64,000 nt of DNA, taken from assembly GCA_963836075.1 (NCBI GenBank), contig CAWIIB010000001.1:1600001-1664000 (forward strand), read 5' to 3'. The notes beneath the pieces were generated by a model. That model was not told where the DNA came from and did not search any database. It saw nothing but the letters and a program-made list of their open reading frames with translations. The position numbers and the translations under genes are program-made. Source of the stretch: an uncultured Acidobacteriota bacterium. GTDB taxonomy: Bacteria > Acidobacteriota > JAQAZP01. Positions 21,237-34,000 of this stretch are shown here, one piece after another. Position 1 is the stretch's first letter. Each line of letters begins with the position of its first letter.

Positions 21237-24200
21237 CGGAGCGGCCTCATCGTCCTGTCTCACCTTGCTGAACCGGGCAAGGAAGGAGTAGACCACCGGC
21301 ACCAGAACCAGGGTGAAGAAGGTGGAGAAGAAGACGCCGCCCACCACCACGATGCCCAGCGGCCGGCGGGCCTCGGCGCCGGCGCCCAGGCCGGCGGCGA
21401 TGGGCAGCACGCCGAAGATGGTGGAGAAGGAGGTCATCAGGATCGGGCGCAGACGGATCGCCGCCGCCTCGGTCACCGCCTCGCGGATGCCCATCCCCCT
21501 CCCGCGCAGCTGGTTGGCGAACTCGACGATGAGGATCGCGTTCTTGGCCACCAGGCCGATGAGCATGATCAGGCCGATCTGGGAGTAGATGTTGAGGCTC
21601 TGGCCGAAGAAATAGAGGCAGGCCAGCGCCCCGAAGAGGGCCAGGGGCACGGTGAGCAGGATGGTCAGCGGGTCGATGAAACTTTCGAACTGCGCCGACA
21701 GGACCAGGAAGACGAAGGCCACGGCGAGGATGAACATGAAATAGAGGCTGGAGCTGGAGGTCTTGTATTCCAGCGAGCGGCCGGCGTACTCCCGCTTGAC
21801 GCTCGGCGGCAGCGAGCTGCGGGCGATGCGGTCCAGGTCGTCCAGCGCCTGGCCCAGCCCCACGCCAGGGGCCAGGCTGGCGGTGATCTTTGCCGAGCGG
21901 ACGCGGTTGAAGTGGTTCAGCTCCTTCGGCGCCACCGTCTCGCGCACGTTAACCACGCTGGCCAGCTGCACCAGACCGCCTTTGCTCCTGAGGTAGAGCC
22001 CGTCGATCACGTCGGGGGTGGAGCGGCCCGAGGGCTTCATCTGGGCGATCACGTCGTATTGCTTGGTCCCCCGCTTGAACTGCGTCACCACCCGGCCGCC
22101 GAGCAGCATCTCCAGGGTGGAGCCGATGTCGGTCACCGAGATGCCGAGGCCGGCGGCCCGTTCGCGGTCGATGAGGATGTCCAGCTGGGGCTTGTTCAGC
22201 CGCAGGTCGGTGTCGAGGTTGATCAGGTAGCCCAGCTTTGTCGCCTCGCCCATCATGATCCCCACCGCCTGGTTCAGCTGGCCGTAGGTCTCGGCCTCCA
22301 GCACGTATTCCACGTCGGAAGTGAAACGGCCGCCGAGGCTCGGCGGGTTGATCAGGAAGGCCAGTACGCCAGGGATGCCGAGCAGCCGCGGGAACATCTG
22401 CTGGACGATCTGCTGCTGCGACCGCTCCCGCTGGTCGCGCGGCTTGAGGTTGAGGAAGAGGAAGCCGTTGGTCACCCGGCCCGGGCCGCCAAAGCCGAGG
22501 CCGGTGGCGGTGAACAGCCCCCGCCGTTCGGGCAGCGGCATCAGCACCGCCTCGATCTCGCGCATGTAGCGGTCGGTGTACTCCAGGGTGGCTCCTTCGG
22601 GGGCGATGACGATGCCGAAACCGGTGCCCCGGTCCTCGGTGGGCACCAGCTCGCTGGGCAGCTGGAGGAAGAACCAGCCGCTGGCCGCCACCAGGATCAG
22701 CGAGACGAGAATCATCAGCAGCCGGAAGCGGAGCACCAGGCCAAGGGTGCCCCGGAACAGACGGTCGAGACCATTGAAAAACACGTCGAATGAACGGGCG
22801 GCCCAGCTGCTGCTCTCGCCGTGCAGCCGCTTGAGCACCCGGGCGGAAAGCATCGGCGAGAGGGTCAGGGCGACGAAGCTGGAGATGGCCACCGCCACGG
22901 CCAGGGCCACGCCGAACTCGTTGAACAGCCGGCCCACCGAACCGGTGAGGAAGGCCAGCGGCACGAAGACGGCCACCAGGGAGATTGAAGTGGCGATCAC
23001 GGCAAAACCCACCTCCTGCACCCCGTCCACCGCAGCCACCCGCCGGCGCTTGCCCATCTCCATGTGGCGGTAGATGTTCTCCAGCACCACGATGGAATCG
23101 TCCACCACCAGGCCGATGGCCAGCACCAGGGCCAGCAGGGTCAGCACATTGATGGTGTAGCCGGCGAAGTAGAGCACGGTGAAGGTGCCCACCAGCGAGA
23201 CGGGGATGGAGATGAAGGGGATGATCGTGGCGCGGAAGCTTTTCAAAAAGACCAGCACCACCAGCACCACCAGGGCCATGGCGATAGCCAGGGTTTGGGC
23301 CACCTCGTCGATGGAAGCCTGGATGAATGCCGACGAATCGTAGGCCACGTCGATGCGCATCCCCTCGGGCAGCAGTCCGGTCAGTTCGGGCAGCGCCTCG
23401 CGGACCCGCCGGGCCACGTCAAGGGTGCTGGCCTTGGACTGCTTGACGATCCCCAGCCCCACCGCCGGCAGGCCATTGAAGCGGGCCACGCTCCGCTCGT
23501 CCTCGGCCCCCACGGTGACCTCGGCCACGTCGCCGAGGCGGATCCGGTCGTCACCGTCCTGGGCCACGATGATCGCCGCGAACTCGTCGGGCATGGCCAG
23601 CTCGCCGCGGGTCCGCACGGCGAACTCCCGCTCGTCACCCTCCACCCGGCCGCCGGGGATCTCGGCGTTCTCCCGCCGGATCGCCGCCTCCACTTCCTGG
23701 GTGGTCAGTCCCCGGGCAGCCATGCGCTGCGGGTCGAGCCAGACCCGCATGGCATAGCGGCGCTCGCCGCCGATGATCACCGAACCGACGCCGCTGAGCC
23801 GCTGGAGCCGCTCTTTGAGAATCCGGTCGGCGATGTCGGACAGTTCGAGGCCGTCATGGCGGTCGCTGGAGAGGGCCAGCCAGACGATGGCCTGGGCGTC
23901 GGCGTCCACCTTGGCGATGATCGGGTCGTCGACCTCCCGCGGCAGCTGGCCGCGGATCCGTGAGACCCGGTCGCGCACGTCGTTGGCCGCCTCGTCCACA
24001 TCCCGGCTCAGTTCGAACTCGATGGTGATCACCGAGCCCTGCTCGCGGCTGGACGAGGAGAGGGTCTTGACGCCGGAGAGGGTGGCGAACTGCTCTTCGA
24101 GCACGTTGGTGATCTCGGTCTCCACCACGCTGGGGCTCGCCCCGCGGTAGAGGGTGGTCACCGAGATGATCGGCGGGTCGATGTCGGGATATTCGCGCAC

Positions 24201-24299
24201 CGGCAGCCGGGTGAAGGAAATGACGCCAAAGAGCACAATGGCCAGGCTCATCACCGTGGCAAAGACCGGCCGCTTGATGGAGAAGTCGCTCAGTTTCAC
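21225..24299 (-). CDS. RND efflux permease (AcrB/AcrD/AcrF family)
   Basis: IKRPVFA, GLVVDDSIVVLENI, KNAILIVEFA, RLRPILMT; 1024 aa. Confidence 0.95.
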   Translation of the reverse strand: MKLSDFSIKRPVFATVMSLAIVLFGVISFTRLPVREYPDIDPPIISVTTLYRGASPSVVETEITNVLEEQFATLSGVKTLSSSSREQGSVITIEFELSRDVDEAANDVRDRVSRIRGQLPREVDDPIIAKVDADAQAIVWLALSSDRHDGLELSDIADRILKERLQRLSGVGSVIIGGERRYAMRVWLDPQRMAARGLTTQEVEAAIRRENAEIPGGRVEGDEREFAVRTRGELAMPDEFAAIIVAQDGDDRIRLGDVAEVTVGAEDERSVARFNGLPAVGLGIVKQSKASTLDVARRVREALPELTGLLPEGMRIDVAYDSSAFIQASIDEVAQTLAIAMALVVLVVLVFLKSFRATIIPFISIPVSLVGTFTVLYFAGYTINVLTLLALVLAIGLVVDDSIVVLENIYRHMEMGKRRRVAAVDGVQEVGFAVIATSISLVAVFVPLAFLTGSVGRLFNEFGVALAVAVAISSFVALTLSPMLSARVLKRLHGESSSWAARSFDVFFNGLDRLFRGTLGLVLRFRLLMILVSLILVAASGWFFLQLPSELVPTEDRGTGFGIVIAPEGATLEYTDRYMREIEAVLMPLPERRGLFTATGLGFGGPGRVTNGFLFLNLKPRDQRERSQQQIVQQMFPRLLGIPGVLAFLINPPSLGGRFTSDVEYVLEAETYGQLNQAVGIMMGEATKLGYLINLDTDLRLNKPQLDILIDRERAAGLGISVTDIGSTLEMLLGGRVVTQFKRGTKQYDVIAQMKPSGRSTPDVIDGLYLRSKGGLVQLASVVNVRETVAPKELNHFNRVRSAKITASLAPGVGLGQALDDLDRIARSSLPPSVKREYAGRSLEYKTSSSSLYFMFILAVAFVFLVLSAQFESFIDPLTILLTVPLALFGALACLYFFGQSLNIYSQIGLIMLIGLVAKNAILIVEFANQLRGRGMGIREAVTEAAAIRLRPILMTSFSTIFGVLPIAAGLGAGAEARRPLGIVVVGGVFFSTFFTLVLVPVVYSFLARFSKVRQDDEAAPSGG

Positions 24300-25406
24300 C
24301 GGGCGTCCTCCGCACCACTCCCGTCAGCGGGGGCGGCCGGAGGCGGTCCGCCCATCCCCTCACCCGCCGGCTGGACCTTTGCCCCCTCGAAGAGCTTCTG
24401 GTGCCCGGAGCGCACCACCACGGGCCCCCGGTTCCAGGCCGCGGATGACCTCCACCGAGGCCGCCAGGCGGGTGCCCAGTGACACCGCCCGCCGGGTCAC
24501 CGTGCCCCCGTCGAGGATCTCGAAGACATAGGTCTGGTTGCCGTCCACAAAGACGGCTTCGTTGGGGATGGTCAGCGCCTCCAGACGCTCACCGAGCACG
24601 GCGGACACATCGGCCGACATGCCGGGCCTGAACTTCCCCTCGGGGTTGTTCACCCGGGCCACCAGGCGAGCGCTGCGGGTGGCCGCGTCGAGCAGCGGCT
24701 CCACCACGATGATCTCCCCGGTCAACTGGTAGCCCGGGAAGGCGGTGGTGGAAATGGTCACCTCCGCCCCGCGGTTCAGCCGGCCCAGATACCGCTCGGG
24801 GGCCGAAAAGTTGATCCTGATCTCGGTGATCCGGGCCAGGTCGGTGATCGCCTCACCCGCCCGCAGGTAGGCTCCAGGGCTGACCCGGCGGGCGCCGAGC
24901 ATCCCGCCGAACGGCGCGGTGATCCTGGTTTTGTCCAACCGGGCCCTGGCCAGCGCCAGGTCCGCTTCGGCCACCTTCCGCGCGGCGGCGGCATCGTCCA
25001 GGTCCTGGGGCGAACCGGCCGACTGGTCCACCACGGCCTTGATCCGGTCGTAGATCGACTGTTTCTGGGCCAGCAGCGCTTCGGCCCGCGCCAGCTCCGC
25101 TTCCAGCTGGGTGCCGTCGAGCCGGGCGATCAGCCCGCCGCGGGAGATGGGCGCGCCCTCGCGAAACGGCAGTTCCACCACCACCCCGTTGATCTCGGAC
25201 ACCACGGTGATCGCCTTCTCCGCCTCGATGGTGCCCACCGCCTGGAAATGGTCCACCACCGGCTCGGTCACCGCCTGGGCCGCTTCCACCGGTGTGGGCG
25301 GCATGGTGAACCCTCCCCCGCCCGCCGGCGGGCCGGAGCAGCCGGGGACCGCCAGGAGCAGGATGAGGAGCACCACAGTCCGGCACGCGTAGCTGTTATC
25401 AGTCAT
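24296..25406 (-). CDS. RND periplasmic adaptor (MFP), probable lipoprotein; +1 frameshift near the C-terminus (~24423), probably a sequencing error
   Basis: ATG 25406 follows GGAG; lipobox-like AVPGC; ITAPFGG and RPGMSA motifs. Removing one base restores …VVVRSGHQKLFEGAKV…DAR-TGA, overlapping the permease GTG. Confidence 0.85.
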
Positions 25407-25411
25407 CGATC

Positions 25412-27048
25412 TCACTCCCCCCCCGCTGTTCGGCCGGTCCGGATAACGGCCGGATGTCTGCTGCCGGAGACGCGCCGCGGCCTTGGCCGTCCGCACCAGC
25501 GCGTCGGAATAGCGCTGCTGAGCCGAGGCCATGTCGGCCCCCAGCCGCACCAGCTCGAAGGCGGTGATCCGCCCGTTGCGGAACTCGATCATACCGATGC
25601 GCACCTGCTCCAGGGCCGCGTTCACACCATACTCGGCGGCTTCCAGGCGTGCGGTGCCGTTGACGATCTCCCGGTGGCTGGCCCGCACCTCCTCCTCCAG
25701 CTGGCGCTCGGCGTCCACCAGCAGTTGCGCCGCCCGCTGCACCTCGGCCTCCCGCCGCTGGTATTCGCCGCGCTCCTGGCGCAGGCCCACCGGCAGCAGA
25801 AACTCGAGGCCCAGGCTCCAGGTGGGATGGTCCCAGCCGAAGACCTGGGACCAGGCGTCGGAAATGTTGCCGGACGTTTCATTGGGGATCACCGTGTCGC
25901 CGAAGATGACGTCCTGCCCTTCACCCGACAGACCCGTAGTGGCCCACCGAGCCGAAGAGGTTCACCGCGGGCCGCGCCCTCCGCCGGGCCGCCTCCACCC
26001 GCACCTCCAGGGCTTCGATCTCGTAACGGGCGGCGAGCAGCAGCTGGTTGTGCTCCAGGGCCCGGGCCACCAGGCCCTCCACCGGCTCAAGCGCCACATG
26101 GCTCAGCGGCTCGTCCAGCGGGTTGAAGCGGGAATGCCCCTCTACCGGCCGCCGGCCGATGAGCGAGGCAAGGCTGTCGGAGATCGCATCCAGCAGTTCC
26201 TGGCGGTCCAGCTCGGCCAGCTGCTGCTCGGCGAGGAAGACCCGGGCATTGGCCACCTGCCCCGGCCCCACCAGGCCCACATCGGCCCGCAGCTGCGCCT
26301 CTTCCAGCAGGGAGGCGGCACGGCTGCGGATCAGCATCTGTACCGCCAGGTCCCGCTCCGCGGCATAGAGGTCCCAGTAGAGCGACTCCACCTCGCCACG
26401 GACCGCGAAAACGGTGTCGGCATAACGAGCCCGGGATGCTTCGAGACGGCGCTCGGCAAAAGTCAGGTTCTCACGGGCGGCGGCGCCGGAACCGCCCAGC
26501 AGCGGGTGCCGGATAGTCAGGTTGGAGAAACTGTCGTACTGGGGGTTCAGCGAGGCGAATTCGGAATTGGTCCCGCCGCGGATCGAGGAGAGCGAGGCTT
26601 CGATCTCCGTGCCGGTGGGCAGGTCGATGCGCACCCCGCCAACGGCGGTGGTCTCCCGGGTTTCCAGCACCTCCGCCCCGGAAAAGAACGACGACGTGGG
26701 CGTATCGGTGTCCGAGTGCGCAAGGTCGAGAAACAGCTCCGGGTCGAAGCCGCCACGTTCCCGGATCACCGTGCTCTCCGCCGCCTCGAGACCGGCCCGG
26801 GCCTCGCGAACCGCCGCGGCCTCCAGCAGGGCCAGGTCGATGGCCTCCTCCAGGGTCAGGTCATCACCCCCGATGGCGGCCAGGGTCACCTCCAGCGCCT
26901 TCCCCGGCGAATTCTCCATCTCCTCGTCGGTGATCCCCACCTCCTCGGCCCATGCGGCGGAGGAGCAGAGCAGCACCAGGGCCGCGAGAACCGGGAGCAC
27001 GATCCAGCGCCTGCCACCGGCGGATCGGGATTCGTATCCTGTATGCAA
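25412..27048 (-). CDS. TolC family outer membrane efflux protein with two apparent +1 frameshifts (~25943 and the run at 25417-25424)
   Basis: LTLEEAIDLAL, VESLYWDL and FRNGRITAFEL motifs split across ORFs 25921-27255 and 24360-25892; AGGAGG precedes TTG 27048. Confidence 0.8.
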
Positions 27049-27334
27049 GGATCTCTTCCTCCTGAATTGATGAACCATACCGGAGAATCTATCACAGGAG
27101 GGTGAATGTGTCACAGGAGGGGGGGATGTGCAGGGGGACGCCCCCCCCGGGACTAAAGTATCTGTTGATTTAATATAAGAGGCCGGCAAGCGAACCGGGA
27201 TGGTGTGAAAAGCAGTGACACGATCCACAACAACAATAAGAGCAATAGTTTGCACTGGAGGCTCCGGCGTTCCAGTCGACTTATGCCTACAACATCGATA
27301 TACATTACAGAATTCACATACATACGAATAGCAA

Positions 27335-27363
27335 TTGACAATTACCGAAAATAAGCTTATTTA
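27335..27363 (+). promoter_or_regulatory. Putative sigma70 promoter of the first C25 peptidase gene
   Basis: TTGACA-N17-TATTTA; identical boxes and spacing occur upstream of the paralog. Confidence 0.6.
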
Positions 27364-27379
27364 ACATCGGTAAGATTGA

Positions 27380-27580
27380 CTGCCATGCAGGCGGTCCGGT
27401 ACTCAGGCAGCCGGCCCCCCGCGGTTTTTCCATCCCGTGCCTGAGGTGAGAGCTTTTGTCGCCGTCGTATTCAATAAATGCCATAACAAAGAACGAGTTG
27501 TGATACCCGGGAGAACTCTGCCGCATGGCAGAACAGAGGCAGGTCCTCCCACGAACCGCAGCACCACTGGAGGAGTTTTG
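27380..27580 (+). ncRNA. Candidate structured 5' leader RNA (family A, copy 1)
   Basis: CTGCCATGC (27380) is complementary to GCATGGCAG (27523); CTCAGGCA/TGCCTGAG stem; conserved in the paralog leader. Confidence 0.4.
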
Positions 27581-30560
27581 ATGAGCGCGAATCGCCCACT
27601 GACCATCATTTTTGCACTGCTGATATCGATCTGCCTGGTGAACGGCGCCACCGCCGACCAGGTGTGGGTCTCCACCGGCGCCCAGGGACAGCCGGTTTTC
27701 GGTGAGACCGGCGAAGCGGCCGGACCGCAGGTCCTGGTAACGGCATCCGACGCCTCCTCGATCCTGCTGGATGTGGACGTTCCCGGCTTCAGCATCGTGA
27801 GGCAGAAGACCAGGGGCGGCGATTTCCTCGTCCTCAACTGGCCCGACGCTGCCGCCGCCGGTGCGGTGGGCTCCCCCATGCTGCCGGTGGTCCGCGAACT
27901 GTTCCTCGCACCCCACGGGGCCGAGGTCAACGTCAGTGTCCAGGCGGGCCTGCCGCTGGTGATCGACGCCCAGGCCCTGGGCTTCGACTTCCGGGTCATG
28001 CCGCGCCAGGCGCCGGTGCCCAAGATCAAGGGCGCTTTTGCCAACGCCCCCTTCGCCTATGACGCGGCGGTCTACAGCACCGCCGGCCAGCTGCCCCTGC
28101 AGCAGGCCACGGTGACCGAGCTGGGCACCGCCCGCGGCCAGCGGCTGATGCTGCTGGAAGTCTCCCCGCTGGTCTACAACCCGGCGGCGGGACGGATCGC
28201 CTACACCCCGCAGATCAGCGTGCAGATCGACTTCCAGGGCGGCAGCACCGAAACATCCGCCCTGCGGCCCCTGCCCGGCCTGCTGGACAACGTGCTCAAC
28301 CCCGACCTGTCCGGCTACCAGCACGACGCGCTGCGCGGCACCGGCAACTACCTGGTGATCGCGGCTTCTACCCTTTCCGGCCACGCCAAGCTGACCGAGT
28401 TCGTCAATGCCAAGACCGCCCAGGGATTCACCGTCAGCACCTACAGCGTGCCGGGCGGCACCTCGAACACCGCCATCAAGTCCTACATCTCCGGTCTGTG
28501 GGGCGGCGCCAACTCGCCGGACTACATCCTGCTGGTGGGCGACAGCAACACCATCCCCGGCTGGACCGGCGGCGGCGACGGCAGCCCCTACACCGACCTG
28601 CCCTATGCCTGCATGGACGCCGGCGACGACTGGACCCCGGACATCGCCATCGGCCGTTTCCCGGCCGATGACGGCGCCGAACTGACCGTCCTCGTGGACA
28701 AGACCCTCAGCTTCGACAACGGCGTCTTTGCCGATGCCGAGTACACCGCCCGGGCCTGCTTCATGGCCTCGGTGGACAACTACACGGTGAGCGAGGGGAC
28801 CCATAACTACGTGGTGAGCAACCACATGGACCCCAACGGCATCGTCTCGGAGAAGCTCTACCAGGTGACCTACGGCGCCACCACCCAGGACGTGCGCGAC
28901 GCCTTCAACGACGGCAAACTCTACGGTTGTTACAGCGGCCACGGCGCCACCACCTACTGGGCTGACGGGCCGGAGTTCCACCAGAGCGACATCAACAACC
29001 TGAGCAACTACCAGATGTACTCCTGGGTGCTCAGCTTCGCCTGCATCACCGGCACCTACAACATCGACGAGTGCTTCATGGAGACCTGGGTCCTGGCCGC
29101 GGACAAGGGTGCGGTTGCCGCCTGGGGTTCCAGCGTCAACAGCTACTGGACCGAGGACGACGTGCTGGAGAAACGGCTCTTCGACGTGCTGTGGGATGAC
29201 GACGTGCGCGAACTGGGCCCGCTCTACAACACCACGAAGATCGTCTACGCCGGCGAGATGGGCAGCGGATCCTTCACCCGCCGCTACTTCGAGATGTACA
29301 ACCACATGGGCGACCCGGCCCTCTTCATCCCCTACGCCATCCAGACGGCGATGACGGTCACCCCCAACAGCGCCTTTGAGTCCGAAGGGCAGAGCGGTGG
29401 CCCCTTCACTCCGACCAGCAAGGTCTACACCATCGAGAACACCGGGGTCACCGGCTTCAACTACACGGTGAGCAAGACCCAGAGCTGGGTCACTCTCTCC
29501 TCCACCAGCGGCTACCTGACGGCCGGCGCCACGGCCAACATCACCGCCTCGATCAACTCCGCGGCCGACTCGCTGGCCGACGGCGGCTACACCGACACCA
29601 TCTCCTTCGTAAACACCACCAACCATGACGGCGACACTGCCCGCAGCGTCAACCTCCAGGTGGGCGTGCCGGTGATGCAGTACCGAGTGGAACATGGACA
29701 CCAACCCCGGCTGGACCACGGCCGGCCAGTGGGCCTACGGATCCCCCACCGGCGGCGGCGGTGCCTACGGCAACCCCGACCCCACCAGCGGCGCCACCGG
29801 CCCCAACGTCTACGGCTACAACCTTGCCGGCGACTACGCCAACAGCATGTCCGAGACGCACCTCACCTCCACGGCCATCGACTGCACCGACCTGGCCGAC
29901 GTCAGCCTGCGCTTCCAGCGCTACCTCAACGTGGAGACGCCGAGTTACGACCACGCCTACGTGCGGGTAAGCAACAACGGCTCCAGCTGGACCACGGTCT
30001 GGGAGAACACGTCTGAAGTGACCGACTCGTCCTGGTCCATGGTGGAGTATGACATCTCCGACGTTGCCGACGGTGAGTCCACCGTCTACCTCCGCTGGAC
30101 CATGGGCACCACCGATTCCAGCTGGACCTACAGCGGATGGAACATCGACGACGTGCAGATATACGCCCTCGGCGGCGGCACCGTGGTGCCCACCGACACC
30201 GTGGAAGTGGCCATCGGCTGCACCCCGGACAGCGGCGTGCTGCCCTTCGCCACCCAGATGGCGGTGTCGCTGAGCAACCTGACCACCGAGAACCGCCGGG
30301 CCGCCGGCCGGATCGACATGGTGATCGGCAACGGCAGCTCGTACACCAACTGGCGTGCCGGCTGGACCAATCTCAGCAGCGGCGAAGTCTACAGCAACAT
30401 GTGGACCCAGAACCTGCCGGGCCTGGCGTCCATGGTGGGCAACAACGTCTTCACCCTGACCGGTGTTGACGTGACTCCCGCTCCTTACAACCAGCCGCCC
30501 TTCGCGCCTTCCGGCGACACTCACACCGACGCCTGCACGGTGGTGGCCACGGCCCCCTGA
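27581..30560 (+). CDS. Secreted gingipain-like C25 cysteine peptidase (propeptide, catalytic, BACON-like and jelly-roll domains, shared C-terminal domain); +1 frameshift at ~29683
   Basis: Signal peptide; YILLVGD, IAIGRFP, YSGHG (His), SFAC (Cys), GDPA. Deleting one C of TACC joins the two ORFs as QYEWNMDTNPGW. Confidence 0.88.
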
Positions 30561-30592
30561 CCTTGTGGGCTGAAAGTTGAATCGATAAACCT

Positions 30593-30623
30593 GGCCCGGG
30601 AGCAAAATCCCGGGCCTTTTTTT
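30593..30623 (+). terminator. Rho-independent terminator
   Basis: GGCCCGGGA-gcaaaa-TCCCGGGCC followed by T7. Confidence 0.85.
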
Positions 30624-30829
30624 GCGGTCATGACGAGGAGCCGTTATCAACTTCCAGTTGATTTTTTTTCGGGCGTGCGCAAGCAGGTCGACGTCACTGA
30701 ACCATGCTCCTGGTCAAGACTCATCCCTTTCACATGGAAAGACTTAGACTCTGGTGCAGGGTTGGTCCGGACCACCTTAAATATATCATCCCAGTAGGCT
30801 TTCAGGTGATAAACTGGCCGCTGTTTTGA

Positions 30830-30858
30830 TTGACAAATCCTTTGATTGCGTTTATTTA
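30830..30858 (+). promoter_or_regulatory. Putative sigma70 promoter of the second C25 peptidase gene
   Basis: TTGACA-N17-TATTTA. Confidence 0.6.
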
Positions 30859-30876
30859 AAAGATGTATCAGAAGAA

Positions 30877-31068
30877 CTGCCATGCTGGAGGCGTCGGCAT
30901 TCAGGCGGCCGCTCCTCCCGGTTTTTCACTCCCTGCCTGAGGTGAGAGTTCTCATATCACCTGAATAAAAAGAATCCATCAAAAAGCACGTTAATGTTCG
31001 GGGATGCTGACGCGGCATGGCAGCGGAGCACCAGATCCCCGGAGAGGCCGCACCCTGGAGGAGTTCTG
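30877..31068 (+). ncRNA. Candidate structured 5' leader RNA (family A, copy 2)
   Basis: CTGCCATGC (30877)/GCATGGCAG (31015); TCAGGCGG/CTGCCTGA stem; GGGGAT/ATCCCC stem. Confidence 0.4.
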
Positions 31069-34000
31069 ATGACCGCGCACCGCACACTGATCGTCATGAT
31101 CGCTCTGCTGGCATCGTTCTGCCTGATCAGCAGCAACGCCGGCGCCACCCAGATCTGGGCCACCACGTCCGATGAGGGGACCGCCGCCCTGAAAGAGATG
31201 AGCATCGCCACTGCTCCCGAGGTGGACGTCCTGTCCGCCGACGAATCTGGCATGCGTCTCGACATCCGGGTACCCGGATTCTCACTGGACCTGCAGAAGA
31301 CCAGGGGCGGCGAGTTTCTCGTCCTCGGCTGGCCCGAAGCGGCTCCCTCGGGCGCGCTGGGCGCTCCTGCCCTGCCGGTGGTCCGCGAACTCTTCCTCGC
31401 GCCCCTCGGCGCCGCGGTCTCGGTGCAGGTGAACGCGGGCGATCCGATCCGGGTGGATGCGGACCTGCTGGGTCATGACTTCCGGGTGATGCCGCGACAG
31501 GCCCCGGTGCCCAAGCTCCCCGGTGCGTTTTCCAGCGCCCGTTTCGAGTTTGACGCACAGGCCTACGGTTCGAGCCAACTCCCCGCAGAACGGGCCCTGG
31601 TCACCGAGCTGGGCATCTTCCGCGGCCAGCGCCTGATGCTTCTCGAGGTCTCCCCCCTGGCCTACAACGCCAGGGACCAGCGGATCGCCTTCTGGCCTGC
31701 CATGAACGTACAGGTCAGTTTCCAGGGCGGCACTGCAGCCAAAAGCACGCTGCGGCCCCTGCCCGGCCTGCTGGACAACGTGCTCAACCCCGAACTTGCC
31801 GGTGAGCAGACCGCCATGCGCGGCACCGGCAATTACCTGGTGATCGTGGCCGAAACCTTTGCCGCCCACGCCAAGATGACCGAGTTCATCAACGCCAAGA
31901 CGGCCCAGGGCTTCACCGTCAGCACCTACTCCGTACCGGCGGGAACCGCCAACACGGTGATCAAGACCTATATCGAGGGTCTCTACGGCGGCGCCAGTTC
32001 CCCCGACTACATCCTGCTGGTGGGCGACAGCGACACCATCCCCCACTGGGTGGGCGGCGGTGAAGGCAGCCCGCACACCGATCTGAACTACGTCTGCATG
32101 GACGGCTCCACCGACTGGAGCCCGGACATCGCCATCGGCCGCTTTCCGGTGGACGACGGCGCCGAACTGACCGTGATGGTGGACAAGATCCTCAGCTACG
32201 ACAACGGCCAGTTCGCCGACGCCAGCTACACCTCCCGGGCCTGCTTCATGGCTTCGGTGGACAACTACACGATCAGTGAGGGGACCCACAACTACGTCAT
32301 CGACACCCACATGGAGCCCAACGGGATCGTCTCCGACAAGCTCTACCAGGTGACCTACGGGGCCGACACCCAGGACGTGCGCGACTCGTTCAACGGCGGC
32401 CGGCTCTACGGTTGTTACAGCGGCCACGGCGGCACCTACAGCTGGGCCGACGGACCGCCCTTCGAACAGAGCGACATCAACAACCTGACCAACTACCAGA
32501 TGTACTCCTGGGTGCTCAGCTTCGCCTGCATCACCGGCACCTACACCGTGGACGAGTGCTTCACCGAGACCTGGGTGCTGGCCGCCGACAAGGGCGCCAT
32601 CGCCGCATGGGGCTCTTCGGTGAACAGCTACTGGACCGAAGACGACGTGCTGGAGAGGCGGCTCTTCGACGTGCTCTACTTTGACGACGTGCGCGAGCTG
32701 GGCCCGCTCTACAACGCGACCAAGATCGTCTACGCCGGGGAGATGGGCACCGGGCAGACCACCCGCCGCTACTTCGAGATGTACAACCACCTCGGCGACC
32801 CGGCGACCTTTATTTCATACGGGATCGCCGCGTTGCGCGTCACCCCGTCCAGCGGCCTGATCGCCGAGGGACCGGAGGGCGGCCCCTTCGCTCCCGCCAG
32901 CAAGGTCTACACCCTGAGCAACCTCGCCGATTATCCCATCGACTACACGGTGGCCCTGCAGGGCGGCGAGAGCTGGCTCGACCTCACCGGCGCGCTCAGC
33001 GGCACGCTGAACACCGGCGAAACCGCTGAGGTCACCGTGGCGCTCAACGCCGGGGCGGACACCCTGCCCATCGGCGCCTTCGGCGACACCGTGGTCTTCA
33101 CCAACCTCACCGACGGCATCGGCGACACTACCCGCGAGGTCAGCCTCGAGGTGGGCCGCTACGTCTACCACTCGGCCGACGTGCCCCAGGCGATCAACGA
33201 CAACTCCACCATCACCAGCACCCTCGACGTGGCCGACCACTTCTGCATCGCCGACGTCGATGTCGAGCTGGACATCACCCACACCTACATCGGCGACCTG
33301 ACGGTGAGCCTGACCTCGCCCGAGGGCACCATGGTCACCCTGCACAACCGCAGCGGCGGCAGCAGCGCCAACATCCAGCAGACCTACGACGACGAGGGAA
33401 CCGCCCCTGACGGCCCGGGGGCACTCTCCGACTTCGACTTCGAGTCGCCCATGGGCACCTGGACCCTCACCGTCACCGACAGCGCCGGCGGCGACACCGG
33501 CACGCTCAATGCATGGTCGGTTAAGGTGCTGCCCAGCGGCGACGAGTGCCCGCCGGTGGCCCTGGACGACGAGATCTCCACCGCACCGTTCACCGTGGTC
33601 GACGTGCAGCTGCAGGGCAGCACCATGACCGCCGAACCGCTGGACTTCATCATCACCACCCTGCCGGCCCACGGCACGCTCCGCGACGGCCAGGCGCTGA
33701 TGATCGACACCGTGCCCTACACCCTCACCGGCCCCGACCAGTGGGTGCGCTACGTGCCCGAGTACGGCTACCTCGGTGACGACTCCTTCACCTTCATCAC
33801 CTACGACGGGCAGGACTCGGCCACGGCCACGGTGACCGTGCACATCGGCGAGACCTCCACGATCTACGAGTTCGATCTCGACACCGATCCGGGGTGGATG
33901 ATGAGCGGCGACTGGGCCTTTGGCCAGCCCGCGGGCATCGACGGCGACCCGACCTCCGGCGCCACCGGCACCAACGTCTACGGCAACAACCTCAATGGTG

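Noticed and set aside
24360-25892. Apparent TolC-MFP fusion protein
   Set aside because: Explained by one extra base in the run at 25417-25424; an internal RBS, ATG and signal peptide mark a separate MFP gene.
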